The translations under genes were made by a program, and so were the position numbers. Below are positions 39,315-52,000 of a DNA stretch of 64,000 bases, piece by piece. The notes below the pieces were generated by a model. The model was given only the letters and a program-made list of their open reading frames with translations. It was not told where the DNA came from and made no database searches. The stretch lies in NCBI GenBank assembly GCA_964187785.1, contig OZ076419.1, positions 41,044,001 to 41,108,000 of the forward strand. The letters are read 5' to 3'. The first letter of the stretch is position 1. Every line of letters begins with the position of its first letter. The DNA is from Amphiscolops sp. MND2022 (taxonomy: Eukaryota).

Positions 39315-40828
39315 CTGCATATTTGTTGAACTTGAACAAGCCGAGAAACAAAAGTTCAATTTTGATACAGTACTTTAGATATAAAATAGACATATCCGAA
39401 TTCTCCAGTTATATGTTCAGTCATGAGCGATTTAATGTGACCAAAATAGCGAAATTCATTTCAAGTAATTTAGCAACTTTTTGAACCGTATTTTCTCAAT
39501 TTGTTTTTTAGTTTGCTTTAATGGAGATTAAAAACGGAGTATTAAACGGAATTAAACAGACCCTGAAAAAAAGACCGTTGCCTGATTACGAGACGTTTCG
39601 GTGTACAGATTTGATGAAGGTTTCAAGATCTTTCAGTCTGTCCGGCTCTTTTCATATCTCCATTCGTGTTATAACAAGCCGGGAACTGAACAAGTCGGCT
39701 CGCCGCTTGATACTCAAAAAAGCAGTCTTTTGATTATGCTCAAGGACAAATATTTAAAAACTCTCATCAACCTCACAGTACCAACGAATACCGAAAAAGA
39801 GCCTATTGAGAGTCGAAAACGCTTTTTCCTCGCAGAAAACATCAAATAAATTCAAATTCATGAAAAAATCCGAATATTTTTCTCGCAGAGTGTCGGAAAC
39901 TTAAATGCGCTTAAATGCAGGGGTCGAAATGTGCTTTTACACATCAGAAAATTTTTTAAAACCTGAAAATTGTCAACCCAGTGTTCGAAGCCATGGCATC
40001 CTTGCCAAGATCCATGGCAAGTTCCTTGGTAGCCTTGCCAAGATCTTGCCATGATCTTGCCATGATCTTGGCAAGGATGCCATGGCCATGCAAGATCGTG
40101 CAAAGGCTAACCATGATTAACCATGATCTTGGCAAGGGTTCCATGGTAACATTAGCGAAATTTTTGGAAAATTCAGAGCTCTTATTTTCAAATTGTAACT
40201 AGTATCTAAAAATTTATTGGGACCAAAAAACAGACATGTATAGGGTTAAACAGAAGAAAAATTGGTAGTCAAGACATTAAAGGAAAAATGTTTTTGCTCC
40301 AACCATTTTGAGTTTTTATTGCATTCTCGAACTTCAGTAATTAGAACCCGTTACCTCAATGGACCAGGCAATAGCATGATTTGCATAATTCTAAACAAAT
40401 CATAGCTAGAAAAGTTTTTTAGAGAAAGTTGCATAGCGCCAAAAAACTTGAAGGAAGGATCCTTCAAGCTCGCAAAACGATTTTTCCTGGCCGAAAACAT
40501 CAGAAAACTTGATGGGGGACTCTAGTGAAATGAAAAATTTTTTCAGAGAAAGTGCACACTGTAGAAAAAATCAAAGGACACCAAAAAGAAAAAAAACGTT
40601 CAGACCAGCAAAAGATTCGAACTCACAAATTCCTGCCTCCCAGCCACTGCTTTTATTCTCAGACATGCGCGCTGAGCACTGTGGAAAGTAAAGTCCGAAA
40701 GCAAAGGAGGTAGTTATACAGGTGGTTCAGTTTGAGATGGTCTTCAAAAAGCTATTCCTAGAGTGGACGCCGACTAAAAATCTTTTATTATTATTAAAAT
40801 TTTTATTATTCATTTACACTAAAACTAC

Positions 40829-41367
40829 TTTTTAGTCGGCACGTTTTGTAACAAAAAGAGTCCCCTATTCTTACAGAGGCAAGTTGTTTTTGTAAGAGCA
40901 CAGACCTCACAGTAAATGGTTCACTTTTACAGACTTTACCACTTAAGTTCTATAGGGCACCCACGGAGCCCAAGAAGGCTAAAGGGTACTCCATTTGAGG
41001 TTTTCATAGTATTTACCGTATCCTCGAAACTATTTCAGACCAAGGGTCCCACTCGTGTTTTTTTTCAGCACTGTGAGATTTTTTTTGAAATTTACTGCTT
41101 TCGAATTTTGCTTGTTTCCAGTAAGGTTATTATGTTTCAAGAGCACAAATGTCCCCCCTTATAGTTTTCGGCACTGTCAAGACGTTTTTTACATCAAATT
41201 GGTTTTTCTTCAATGTTTTCAGCCGATAGAGAAGCGTTTCCTAAACACGAAAAGCTTCCTTTAGTTTTTTTCGATATACTAATAATCGAGAGATTTAACT
41301 CTAAACCGCCCTGAACATATTTTGAAAACTTGAGCGGGCGCCGACTTGAGACGTTCTAGTCTTGTTT
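40829..41367 (+). mobile_element. HINE family A copy, complete
   Basis: TTTTTAGTCGGCACG at the 5' end; GCGCCGACTTGAGACGTTCTAGTCTTGTT at the 3' end. Confidence 0.7.
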
Positions 41368-44301
41368 GACAGTTACCAAAACACCTTTTTTGATTCTACT
41401 TTGATGACATTACATCATCAAAAATTGCATTATATACAATCATCTATTAGTTTATGCTTTATTAATTTTTCGAAATTTTCAAATACTTCCAAGCATGTTT
41501 ACTTACTTTCTAAGCACTTCTAAGGATTTTCATTATACATGAATTTACAGGAAACGTAAAGTTATAAACAGTTCTAGAAGTAACTCTTTCAATTCCCAAC
41601 AGATTTTTCAAATGAATTTCGTTTTCGAAAATTGTCAAGGTGCAAATTCAACAAGTTCCTCTGAAAGCATCCCAACTTTGAACTATAAGCTCTTATTTGA
41701 AAATAAAATACAAGTAGTAAGCAGCAACAACTGTTAATTTAAATACCAGCAAAGCTCCTGGCGAATGAGCGATCAGTAAACATCCGTTTGCTTTCCCAAG
41801 TTTGGAAGAAATTGAAGTCTTGTACATATCTTACAATTTTTTTTTACAAAATATCCTATTTTTGCGAGTTTCTTGCAAGCCGATGTCAGTCTTGCAAGAA
41901 CCTTGCGAGACCATGCAAATCTTGCAAGATGATATATTAGAATCTCACAAGATCTCACAGATATGACAACGTAGTCAATAGCTCCACCAATTGCTAAAAT
42001 AATCAATTTCATTAGTTTTTGTCCGGTTTTTTCCCAAAACAAAGTACGCCTATCATCAATTTCGTATCGTTCGGCCTAATTTCAAAGTCTTCATCGTGTA
42101 CAAAATATAAGAGGGTTATTTATTTTCAATGTATATCGAACCTGTGTTTCAAATGTCGGTTCTTTTATACAAAGAATAAGGTTTCAGACTGCATTACTAA
42201 AATCACACTTCTAGAAATATAATAGAAATATAATTCTCTCTAGAATTTGCATTTTCGATTCCTTCACATTTAAGAAGTGGAACTTCCTATCTATTCAGAT
42301 GTATTCATTAAGTCAATACCAAATTGACAAATGAAGTGACTGGAGTAAAATTTCTCTCCTCATTTATTAAAAAAATCTTATTTGAAAAATCTGAATAAAA
42401 AAGTCTGGAATCGCTCTTCTGATCGTACGTGAGAAGCAGAGGAGCGTAAGGGACTAGCGGAGTTCATGTTTCGGTAATGAGAGAACAATAAAGAGAACAC
42501 AACGAAAAGTTTTTGGGCAGCTCGAGAATTCTCTATCGAAGCTTGTAAATATCTTGAAAATTTGATACTTTGCCTTCCATATCTGGCAATTTCAATTACC
42601 TTCTTGTAAACACTTTGCAAGACAGTTCGCAAGAATAATGCATTGTCTTGCAAGGTTTTGCAAATTATTTTCAAGAATTGTATTTTTTCCAACCTGAGGT
42701 TATTTACTCTCTCATCTAGTTGCTAAGAGTTGAATAAATGAAAGGAGTACCATTTGAGAAGATCGATTTTATTTTTATAATTGATCCAGCGAATCCGTTA
42801 GGACGATCATGATTATGAAAAACAACACATTTGGCGGAGCAACGCCAGCCAAAACACTAGGGTGAGAAGTCGACCTTCGTGACATTACGCAAAGACTTTG
42901 AGGCCAACGTATAAAGCCCACCAATGCATGACCATTTGGTTGAAAAAATTTTGAAATATTTAGTTATGGGGGGATTGTATTCCAAAAAGTGCCGACTGCT
43001 CAAAAAGAAGAACTGGTCATTCGGAGTTCCTTTGACAAAAACAAGAAAATGAATAATATTTTTCTCCTTCTAGCAATAAATAGTAAATCTGAGCAGCATG
43101 TGCGGTGAAAGAGTCGGAAACGCATCAAAATATTGAAAAACAAATTACCTATTTAATTGCCATTTGGTCATTTTTGGACTCATTTCGACTATGTTTCTCA
43201 GATCCCAGTTATACAATTTTGATGTCACTGTAAACATAGGAGCATGTTTGACTGAAGAATGACTGCTGAATTTTATAAAAATCATATGGACAGCTTCTGA
43301 GATTTGTAATTTGAACAGTTTGAAATTTTCGTAGAAATGTCAGGAGAAAAAAGGTACGATTGCGTAAGTAGTCCAAAATTTTTCGGACTCCTAAAAATCT
43401 AAAAGTAGAGAGCGAATTTAATAAGCGGGAGAAGCATCAGAGGTACTCATGTGGAATCAGCTAGCCCCCGAGAATAGAAGTGATTGCAGCGAAACCTACC
43501 GTTATAGTTTAAAACATCCGATAGGATCGCCGCTTGTCGCTAGATTAGCCCAGGAGATTGCGGTCAAATCCGCGTAGTTGCCCTGGTTGAAACTGCTTGA
43601 ACTTTTTTTTACAAGTTTTTGTAGGTTACAAAGCTAACTTTTCATGATTTTATAAAATTCTCAAGAAGACTTCCATGCATTAAAATTTCACTGATTCAAT
43701 TTAACTTCATCAAGCTGCCTATAGAATGCATCCTCAATTTGGCGGTACTTCTGAGACACGACGTTTTGCAGGTTTCATTAGGATTCCATTGTAATTTTGA
43801 AAGCAGCTTTGGCCTTGAAAACTTTATGGCGGTTTTAATGCAGAATAAATTCAGTAACATGATAAGTTTCAAAGTAGCGTCATATTCAGCGTGCTATTTG
43901 ACTAACGGTGATTACATAAGGTACTTACTTGAAAAACTTACGCGTGAAAACAAAGTGATCGCAGCGGTGAAGAAGTGGAAATCTTCTCAGTTTTAATTGA
44001 AATATTGAAAGTTGCATTGTAATCCTACAAAATTTCTCCATGAGAAACATGCGTTCAGTATTTTCTACTAGATAGTATGTTTATCAAAAATATACAATCC
44101 CTGCATGGATGCAACGAGAAAAACTTTCCGACAGGTTCGACTAGCGTGTGCTCTGGAATCGACTTACATCCAGCGATGATAGATTTCATAATATGATTTA
44201 GGTTACTTTAAATGATTAATTTAGTTTAAAATTTACTTCAATGATTTTACAATTTCTTTTGATAAAAATTTTTCCTTGAGAGAGATAGTACAGAACTTTT
44301 C

Positions 44302-44352
44302 CTGTTGGCAGTTGGTTTGCTGAACCCCAGCGAAGTTGTAGGAATTTGATGA
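44302..44352 (-). CDS. Candidate 51-bp symmetric micro-exon (SSNSYNFAGVQQTNCQQ)
   Basis: Strong pyrimidine acceptor TCTCTGTTTCTTCAACAG| followed by CAG|GAAAAGT, a GA-type donor like the one in the DUF3504 region. Confidence 0.3.
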
Positions 44353-44598
44353 CTGTTGAAGAAACAGAGAAAGAAGCATTGTATGAAACATTAAAGGAGC
44401 ATTATCGAAGGATCCATATTGAAGGAGCATACATTAAAGAAAGGTTTGATTTTTTAAAACTCTGGTTGCAATATATTAGATGTGTTGGGGATTTTCCTGT
44501 AAAAGCCCAAAAGGTGCAAATTAAGGGAATTCACTGAAAACAAGAAACGACCTCTATTTGGTACAGTAAAATCCGTTACTCATAGCTAATAAATCGCG

Positions 44599-45077
44599 TT
44601 TTTAGTCGGCGCTTCATGAAGCGAAACGCGACTATATTAGTGACTCATTTTTTCAATCCACATGAACTGACCAAAATAGTTCTACCGAAAGTTCTACAAA
44701 TTTTGAAGGCACGAAATTGTACTATTTGGCCCAAGAAACTGAACTATAAGAGTTGTTTCTTTTTTAGCACACAAAACCGGAAGAGATTTAAGGGTCCTTA
44801 TTCCATAGTTTTTGGAACTGATACTTTTTTTCGAAATTTTAAATATTTTATGTTTTTAGTATTACGTTTTAATTTATGTTTTAATGTTACGACAGTTAAT
44901 CTCCAAATGGTCCCCCTTCAATTTTTGTGATATTTTGAAACAGAATGGATGTCAAAAAATTCCAAAGGATCCTCCATTTTTAGCGCGCCAATGTGTTTTT
45001 CGGGTACCGTGGAAGAGAATACTTGACGCTTCGAAGTCCTTCTGCTATTTTTGAGCTTATACCGTTCCCGGCTTGTT
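44599..45077 (+). mobile_element. HINE family A copy (3' inverted repeat deleted)
   Basis: 5' TTTTTAGTCGGCGCTTCATGAAG; 3' TTTTGAGC...CCGTTCCCGGCTTGTT. Confidence 0.7.
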
Positions 45078-45684
45078 CATATTACCCACGTACGAATTTC
45101 CTGCATTCAAGTTTCACTACTCATGGACGATACGCATACATAGTTTACAAAAATCATACAAATTTCTATCAGAATGCCTTTTTGAATTTCTAGCACACAA
45201 TGAAGTTTCCTATTCAGTCTTTTTGAATGACGGACAAGTTTATAGCAAGCCAAGCCACCACAAAGTGAAATTCATTCAGTCACTTTTTCGCAGCAGTGCA
45301 CATGTTTTATCTATTATAAAGCCGTCACCGAATATCACATCGCAATTAAAAAGCGTGACGTGTTTTCCGTGCTTTGAAAATTGTGCAATTTCAACCATTT
45401 CTGCGTAATGTTGCATTCATGTTTCATTCAAGCGCATGCGAGTTGAATTTCAAGCAAACAAGTAAAATTCTCTGCACTTGTGAAAATATTTTTGTCGATA
45501 CGCTATGAAACTTACAAACACGTCGCTGTTAATTTTTGAAGGAAGTGTTTCGAATGAATAATGTTCAAAGGAAATCTGGAGAATTTGTCTCTACCAACTT
45601 TTGTCGCTAAAATTGTGGATGTTGGTAAATGTAAATGTTCCAAGAGGCCAAAATGTTTTGAAAAATTAGAAACATATAAAGACG

Positions 45685-45864
45685 AACTCGGATAAAAGAA
45701 ACACGGATAAAAGAAACATTCGTATATAAGAAACGTTTTCACTCCTCCGATTTTATGCAAGTCAAACTTTCTACGTTAAAAGGACAACTGATAAAAGAAA
45801 CTATGGATAAAAGAAACTCTTTTCTCACCGCCCAATGAGTTTCTTTTATCCGAGTTTGACTGTA
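45685..45864. mobile_element. Tc1/mariner-like MITE
   Basis: AACTCGGATAAAAGAAAC (45685) is inverted relative to GTTTCTTTTATCCGAGTT (45839). The right end finishes TGACTG-TA. Internal GGATAAAAGAAAC repeats; left terminus decayed. Confidence 0.6.
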
Positions 45865-46231
45865 CTTTCTTTGAATTTTACTCGGTTTCAATCCGCCGCA
45901 TGTGTACATTTGATTGTATGATTTCTATAGGTATCAAATAAGTCAAATGCTAAGAAAAAAGAACGGAAAATCCATTAAAAGAATGGTTACATGTTATATA
46001 TATTTTTTCTGTTTGCACCTATTTTCACCTATTGTCTTTCACTCTTTAAAGATTTGATAAGATCTTGTTCATTCTTGCTTGAAATTCTCACTAAAATGTT
46101 GATCCTGTAAATGTCTTCTTAATCAGTGATGATCATTTTTCTGGTCATGATGAAAAAATAGTGCCGAGAAACGTAATTGAACCATTTAAGTGACGACAAA
46201 ACGAAATAGTTTGAAAATAAAGAGTTTCTAC

Positions 46232-46541
46232 TAGAGGTGTACCGGACAGGACTAATTGAAGCCAGATACCAACCGGACCGACCATTATCCGGGATTGATC
46301 AGAATTGATCAATGAATATGACAAAAAATAGAGTAAACGTTTGCTTGGAAATAGTGGGGAAATACTCTATTTTTTGTTCAACATCAAAATACCGAAAATT
46401 TTAGACTATTGTTCACAAATGATGACTCAAAAGTGGCAATAAATCAGAGAAATGCGATTATTTGCAAACCATTTGCCGAGCTGGATTCCGTCAAAAGTCC
46501 GGTCGGATACCGGACCGGACTTAATGTCCGGTATACCCCTA
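46232..46541. mobile_element. hAT-type MITE, 310 bp, with 8-bp TSD
   Basis: TIRs TAGAGGTGTACCGGACA / TGTCCGGTATACCCCTA. Flanks GTTTCTAC (46224-46231) and ATTTCTAC (46542-46549). Internal ACCGG repeats. Confidence 0.8.
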
Positions 46542-47413
46542 ATTTCTACAAATTGAAAGAAAGTGAAAAACTGGAGGTTTCATACAGCAAGTACGTTTCT
46601 TACAAAATTTCTTACAGGTACGGTTCCTTTTTTTACAAAATCAACTTTCTCCAACGTTACAGTATTTTCCTGGATTGAGTGTAAAATGGAAAAAGCAACT
46701 AGAGTTCAGGTAATGACTTCGTTAAAAAAAGTTGTATTCATATAAACTTCCAGAACCATCAATAAAATGTTTGATTATAGTCCATAAACTATTCGTTTAA
46801 ATTGATTAAAACTTTCATAAATTTTATCAAAAATTAGTTCAAACATAAATTTTTGTTTAACTTCCTTTTTTCTTTCGAAAAATAGAGCATAATCCCGATC
46901 GAAAACGTATTTGTTTAAAAAGTTCAAAACCTTTCGTTTTTTTTTGTGCTCAGAAACCGTGCGGGGATGAGAGAATATTTTCTCTTTTTTTACAGTTGCT
47001 CTTTTAAAAAACATGTCAGAACTGAAACTAATTTTCTTGTAACAATGTATGTGTTTTGTTGCACCGTTCACTGTGTTTCTTCATTTTGTGAAAGTCCCTA
47101 GAAAACGTCTAAAAGTTTAACAAATCGAGTAATTACTATAAAATGGCAATGTTTTAACTTGCTGCAACGTTGAAACAATTATGTTGATTTTTCTACAAGT
47201 TTTTGTGTTGAAGCTGGTTCATTTTGAATAATGAATCATTCGACTACTGAATATTTTAAATTATTTCATGCCTGGCTAACCAAGTAAAATTTTGAAAACT
47301 AAATACAAATTTACCATGTTGGAAACCAAAAAGTCTTCAGATACCTAAAACACTTTTTTGCATATGTGGATTTTTTTTCAAACTTTTGTTGTTCATTTCC
47401 ATGCAACAGGCTC

Positions 47414-47912
47414 TTTTTAGTCGGCGCCTTTTCCCTTAAGGAAAAAAGCCCGACTATTACAGTGGGTAGTTTTTTTTCTTTTTCAGCCTACAATCTCACT
47501 CTGAATGGTCCACTTTTTACAATTTGTTCATCTGTTCTGTTGTTCATCTTCGACTAAATTTCTGAAGCCGGAGAGCGGGGGTTCGATTCTCGCACTAAAC
47601 CATAATATTTTTATGCTTCTAAAAGTACAGCAGGTGAGACCAAAGGGTCCCCCCTTTGGGTTTTTTCGGCACTATGCGACTTTTTTTCGAAAATTTTCGG
47701 ATTTTATCAAAGGGTAACCCCTTGCATTTTTTTGAAGTTTTCGGTTTGTGAAAACGTTTAATGAGCCTGAATGGCCTCTTTTTGAGTTTTTCGGCATTGT
47801 GCAACTTTCTAAAAAAATACTTTTTTTCGAAAAAAAAATGTTTCCAATAGTTGTTCTTTGAATATTTTTGAGCCTTAGATATGGCGCCGACTTGAGACGA
47901 TCCCGTCTTGTT
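47414..47912 (+). mobile_element. HINE family A copy, complete (~499 bp)
   Basis: TTTTTAGTCGGCGCC...CCCGACT at the 5' end; GGCGCCGACTTGAGACGATCCCGTCTTGTT at the 3' end. Confidence 0.85.
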
Positions 47913-48881
47913 CAATATCTACACTGAAAGTTTTGACGTATTAAGTCTCCCAATCTGATATGGGATGTTTTTAAAACCAATTAGAAAAAGAATTTTGCTG
48001 CAATAACGAAACTGCAGTAACGAAAAGTAAGAAAATTTTTGCTCATTTATTTCGAATTTAGGAGAATCTTGGTGAGAATGTTGGAGTGGGGTCTGTAGAT
48101 AAAGTTGGGACTATACCATGGTGGAGACAGTTGGAAGTTTTTGCATGCCGCAGATGTGCATGAAGTGTTACTTTTTTGAAAACCTAGAAAATTCAATGAG
48201 CATCTGACAGTAAATCCTGTAGATTTACACTGGAGTTCCCCACCGTTGAAATTGAAATCCAAAATATGTTCTCCACTTTATTACCAACACGATCATGTTT
48301 TATTCACATTTTGATGAATGAAATACTCATCTGATGTAATCACAACTTCTCAAATAGCACGCTGAATATGGCGCTAGTTTTCTATGTATAACGAGATTGA
48401 AGTTTTTTTCCATTGATGTATAATGGAACCTGCAAAACTTGCTGGCTTGAAATTGCCGCCAAATTTTAGATGAATGTTTTGAACGTCGTGATGAAAGTCG
48501 AATACAACAGGAAAATTTTCGCTTTTTAGTTTGCGTGAGAATTTCTGAAAATCATTCGAAAAGTTGCTTGCAACTTTCAAGAAGACGTAAAAAGTTCAAG
48601 TACCTTCAACAAAGGTAGTCTGCCGCCTATATAGCAGACAAAAATTTTGGGATGAAACCTTTGTTTCATGACAGACTACTTGAGCTACCTGGAAATGACA
48701 ACATGATTTTTAAAAAGGCTTTACGGAAACTACAAAATTTGAATTACTTAGATTGTCTCTGCAAGCTTTTTGTTGAGATGGGAAAATAACTAGCTATTTT
48801 CTTAGTCATTAGACGTAAATAGCCAATATTCGCCTACCAGTTCAACGCAGAAGCTCAAAAAACATTTAACTAAGTTTTAAA

Positions 48882-51718
48882 TAAGACAGGAACGTCCAAC
48901 GTCGGTGCTAAATCTAAGGCTCCAAAAGCGCAGTTTTTAAAATATGCGTCGGACGTTTTAATGAGACAATCCCGTTTTCGAACCTCCGCCTCTTGCGTAG
49001 TAAAACGCACTATAGTTCTAACATAACGTCAAAAATTCGGACAGTATTGAAAAAACATTTCGAGGGTATATGTTTTTTAGTGAAATCCAGTTTGTTGCAA
49101 ATTATCAAAAAAATGAAAGAGGGACCCTTTGGAGACATTAAAAAATTTCGAAAGAAAATCTCACAAAGAAAAAAAGGGCGGGGAAGTCTCATAGCCCCGA
49201 AAAAAATTGAAAAGGGGGACCCTTCTGCTTTAGAAGGGTTTTTAGAGGCTTTGGATGCGGTAAAAATCAAGTACTAAGTTTGGTACACGTACTAATACTT
49301 TTGGTACGAGTGCATATTGCACAAAAAATGGTACATACAGGGTGAGCTCTTTGGTCTGACGAAAGACAAAAGAAAACGGGAAAGTCGGCGCTATATCTAA
49401 GGCTCAAAAAGCGTAAATTTTTAAAAATTATTGAAGAGGGGACCCTTTGAGCTTTTTGAAAATTAGGTTTGTTGCAAAATGAAAAAAATGAAGGGGACCC
49501 TTCGAGGACATTGAAAAACTTTAGAAAAAAAACGAAAAATGATAATTTTGAAACAGTCTCATCTTTCCGAAAAACTTGAAAGAGGAGACCCGTTGTGCTT
49601 TTTGAAACTTCAGTTTGCTGCAAAATGAAAAAATTGAAGGGGGAACCTTTGAAGACATTAAATATATTTTTCGAAAAATAAACACACAAAGCCGAAAAAT
49701 GGAAAGGGGGCTTTCTTCTGCTTTAGAAGGGTTTTTAGAGGCTTTGGATGCGTTCAAAAAGAAGTACTTAGTACGTTTGGTAAAAGTGCATAATGCACAA
49801 AAAGTGGTACATACATGGTGAGGTATGTGGTCTTACGAGAAAAAAAAAGAAAGCAAAACTAGCTACTGTAATAGTCGGGCACTTTTCACTAGAAAAGCGC
49901 CGACTAAAAACAGAAAAAAACTAGCCACTGTAATAGTCACGCACTTTTCACTAGAAAAGCGCCGACTAAAAACTAGATACTATAATAGTCGGGCACTTCT
50001 TTCAAGAAAAGCGCCGATAAGAAACACTCCATATCAATTCACCCCCCGTCTCATTCCTTTCGACTCATGTCATATTAATTTGTATTTAAATACAAGAGGT
50101 TCCGATGAAGAATCTCTGATCTAATTTCAGTAAAGAATTACAAGACGGGAACGTCGAACGTCGGCGTTAAATCAAAGGCTCAAAAGGGCAAAGATTTTGA
50201 AATATGCCCATAACGTTTTTATGCAAAACTCAGAAAACATTTTCGAAACACCCAAAGGGTGCCTTTCATGCTCGATAAGACTCGGAAACCACCTTTTCTC
50301 TAACTGGAAACAAAAAACTTGTCTTTTCCTGATGTTTTTTTCATTCAGAAAAAGCCGCAGAGTGCCGAAAAACCTATGGAGTCCTCTATGTTTCGTTTAT
50401 AATAAAAGTCGAGGGGGCTTCGATAAAAACAAATTGGGAAAAAGTCGCATAGTGCCGAAAAACGGCGGCCTAAAAAACAAAATTCGGATATAGCGTGCTG
50501 GTCCACTGAGAAAACCAAATTTCAAGACAAAAAATAAGCATTTTGAAAAATCTTGCAATGCTGAAAATTGTAAAAGAGGGACCCTTTGGGCGTTTTGAAA
50601 ATCCAGTTTGTTGCAAAATATCAAAATAATTAAGGGGACCTTTGGAGGCATTAAAGAATTTTCAAAAAAAAAACGAAAACGAGAATTTTGAACAGTCTCA
50701 TAGTGACGCAAAATGTAACACAGAGGCGAAGCGGTGCTTCGCAACACATGACGAAGACATTATTTTAATATGCGTATATATATTATTTTAATCGCATGCG
50801 TATATATTCAACAGTTCAACTTTGTTCAATAACGTCCCTATGGCACAGTGGTCAACACTTATGCCGTGCAATCGGGAGGCTGCAGGTTCGAATCTCTCAG
50901 GGGTTTTGGCTTTTGTCTAAAAGGCGCTCATTATGAAGTTGACTATTGTGGAAAAAAAACTTTCGTAGCTGGACTGCAATGCACATTGACTTCGTCATGT
51001 GCAAAAAGGGGAGCACTTTGCGCTTTTCAACATCCTTCTTTGTCATGATTTACATTATGCATACTATCTCAAAATTTCGTTCAAGTGTCCATGAAACAGG
51101 ACGTGGACCAATAAAAGACATCGAGCAATCACAGCGACTACGATGTGTGAGCCCCTGAGGCAGCAGATGATAACACAAGATTTATAAACTGAAGTAGAGT
51201 TCAGACAACTACTATACTCTGTTCTACCGTTCCTACATTTCTATTAAAGTATTGTAACTGTATACTAAACCTCTCTTTTCGCCTAACTTATCAACTTTGC
51301 TAACTCTACTATCTCTCTATTAAAATCTACTATCACCTCTTCTCACATTTTCTGAGATTATCTAAGGAGAAAACCCAACATCACTGAAGAAACTAAAATA
51401 ATGATAAAACAGATCGCTCTGCCATTCCCCCGTGCTACAAAAACCCTTTGGAGACGTCAAAAAATTTTCGGAAAAAGTCTCACAGTGCCAAAAAAATTGA
51501 AGGGGGCTCTTCAGTCTCGTCCGGTTTTTCAAATGCACTAAAAAGTTTCTGGTTGAAACAGGGACTCGAATCCGCAACCACTGGGCTCCGGGTTCCCCCT
51601 AAACCGATGAAAGTCTACTAAAAGTGCTACATACAGGATGAGCTCTGTGGTCTGGCGGGAACAAAATAGCCACTGTAATAGTCGGGCACTTTTCTCAGGA
51701 AAAGCACCGAGTAAAAAT
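48882..51718 (-). mobile_element. Cluster of partial and tandem HINE family A copies
   Basis: Minus-strand 3' ends near 48883, 49381 and 50140. Minus-strand 5' ends (GCGCCGACTAAAAA and variants) near 49898, 49960, 50011 and 51704. Many GGGGACCCTTT internal motifs. Confidence 0.7.
50834..50903 (+). pseudogene. tRNA-derived sequence (pseudo-tRNA or SINE head)
   Basis: A-box TGGCACAGTGG (50841) and B-box GGTTCGAATC (50885) at tRNA-like spacing. Acceptor and T stems pair poorly. Confidence 0.45.
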
Positions 51719-52000
51719 AGGAGTTAACTAATTTCCTAACAATAATCTCAACTATGATCTCTATTAGATGTTCGATCTTGGTACTTTAGAAATGTTTGGA
51801 AACAACAAAAAACAAAGTCCAACGGAAATAGTTTTTGAGTGTTTTTGCTCCATCAACCGAATAAGTTGGGAACGCGGTTATGCCTGGTTGACACCGCCGA
51901 TAACTTACGAATTATATGGATTTCCTAATAACTCCTAACCGGCGTAGAAATTAATTATAATTTGCAGTAGCAAATAATTAATGATTAAGCGTACACTAAC

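Noticed and set aside
48117-48183. Possible exon VFKKVTLHAHLRHAKTSNCLHH
   Set aside because: It has plausible splice sites but ends in phase 1, with no compatible partner identified and no homology support.
50834-50903. Functional tRNA gene
   Set aside because: The acceptor and T stems do not pair properly; kept only as a tRNA-derived remnant.
51086-51346. Possible solo LTR (TG...CA with ATTAAA)
   Set aside because: No TSD and no second copy in the window.
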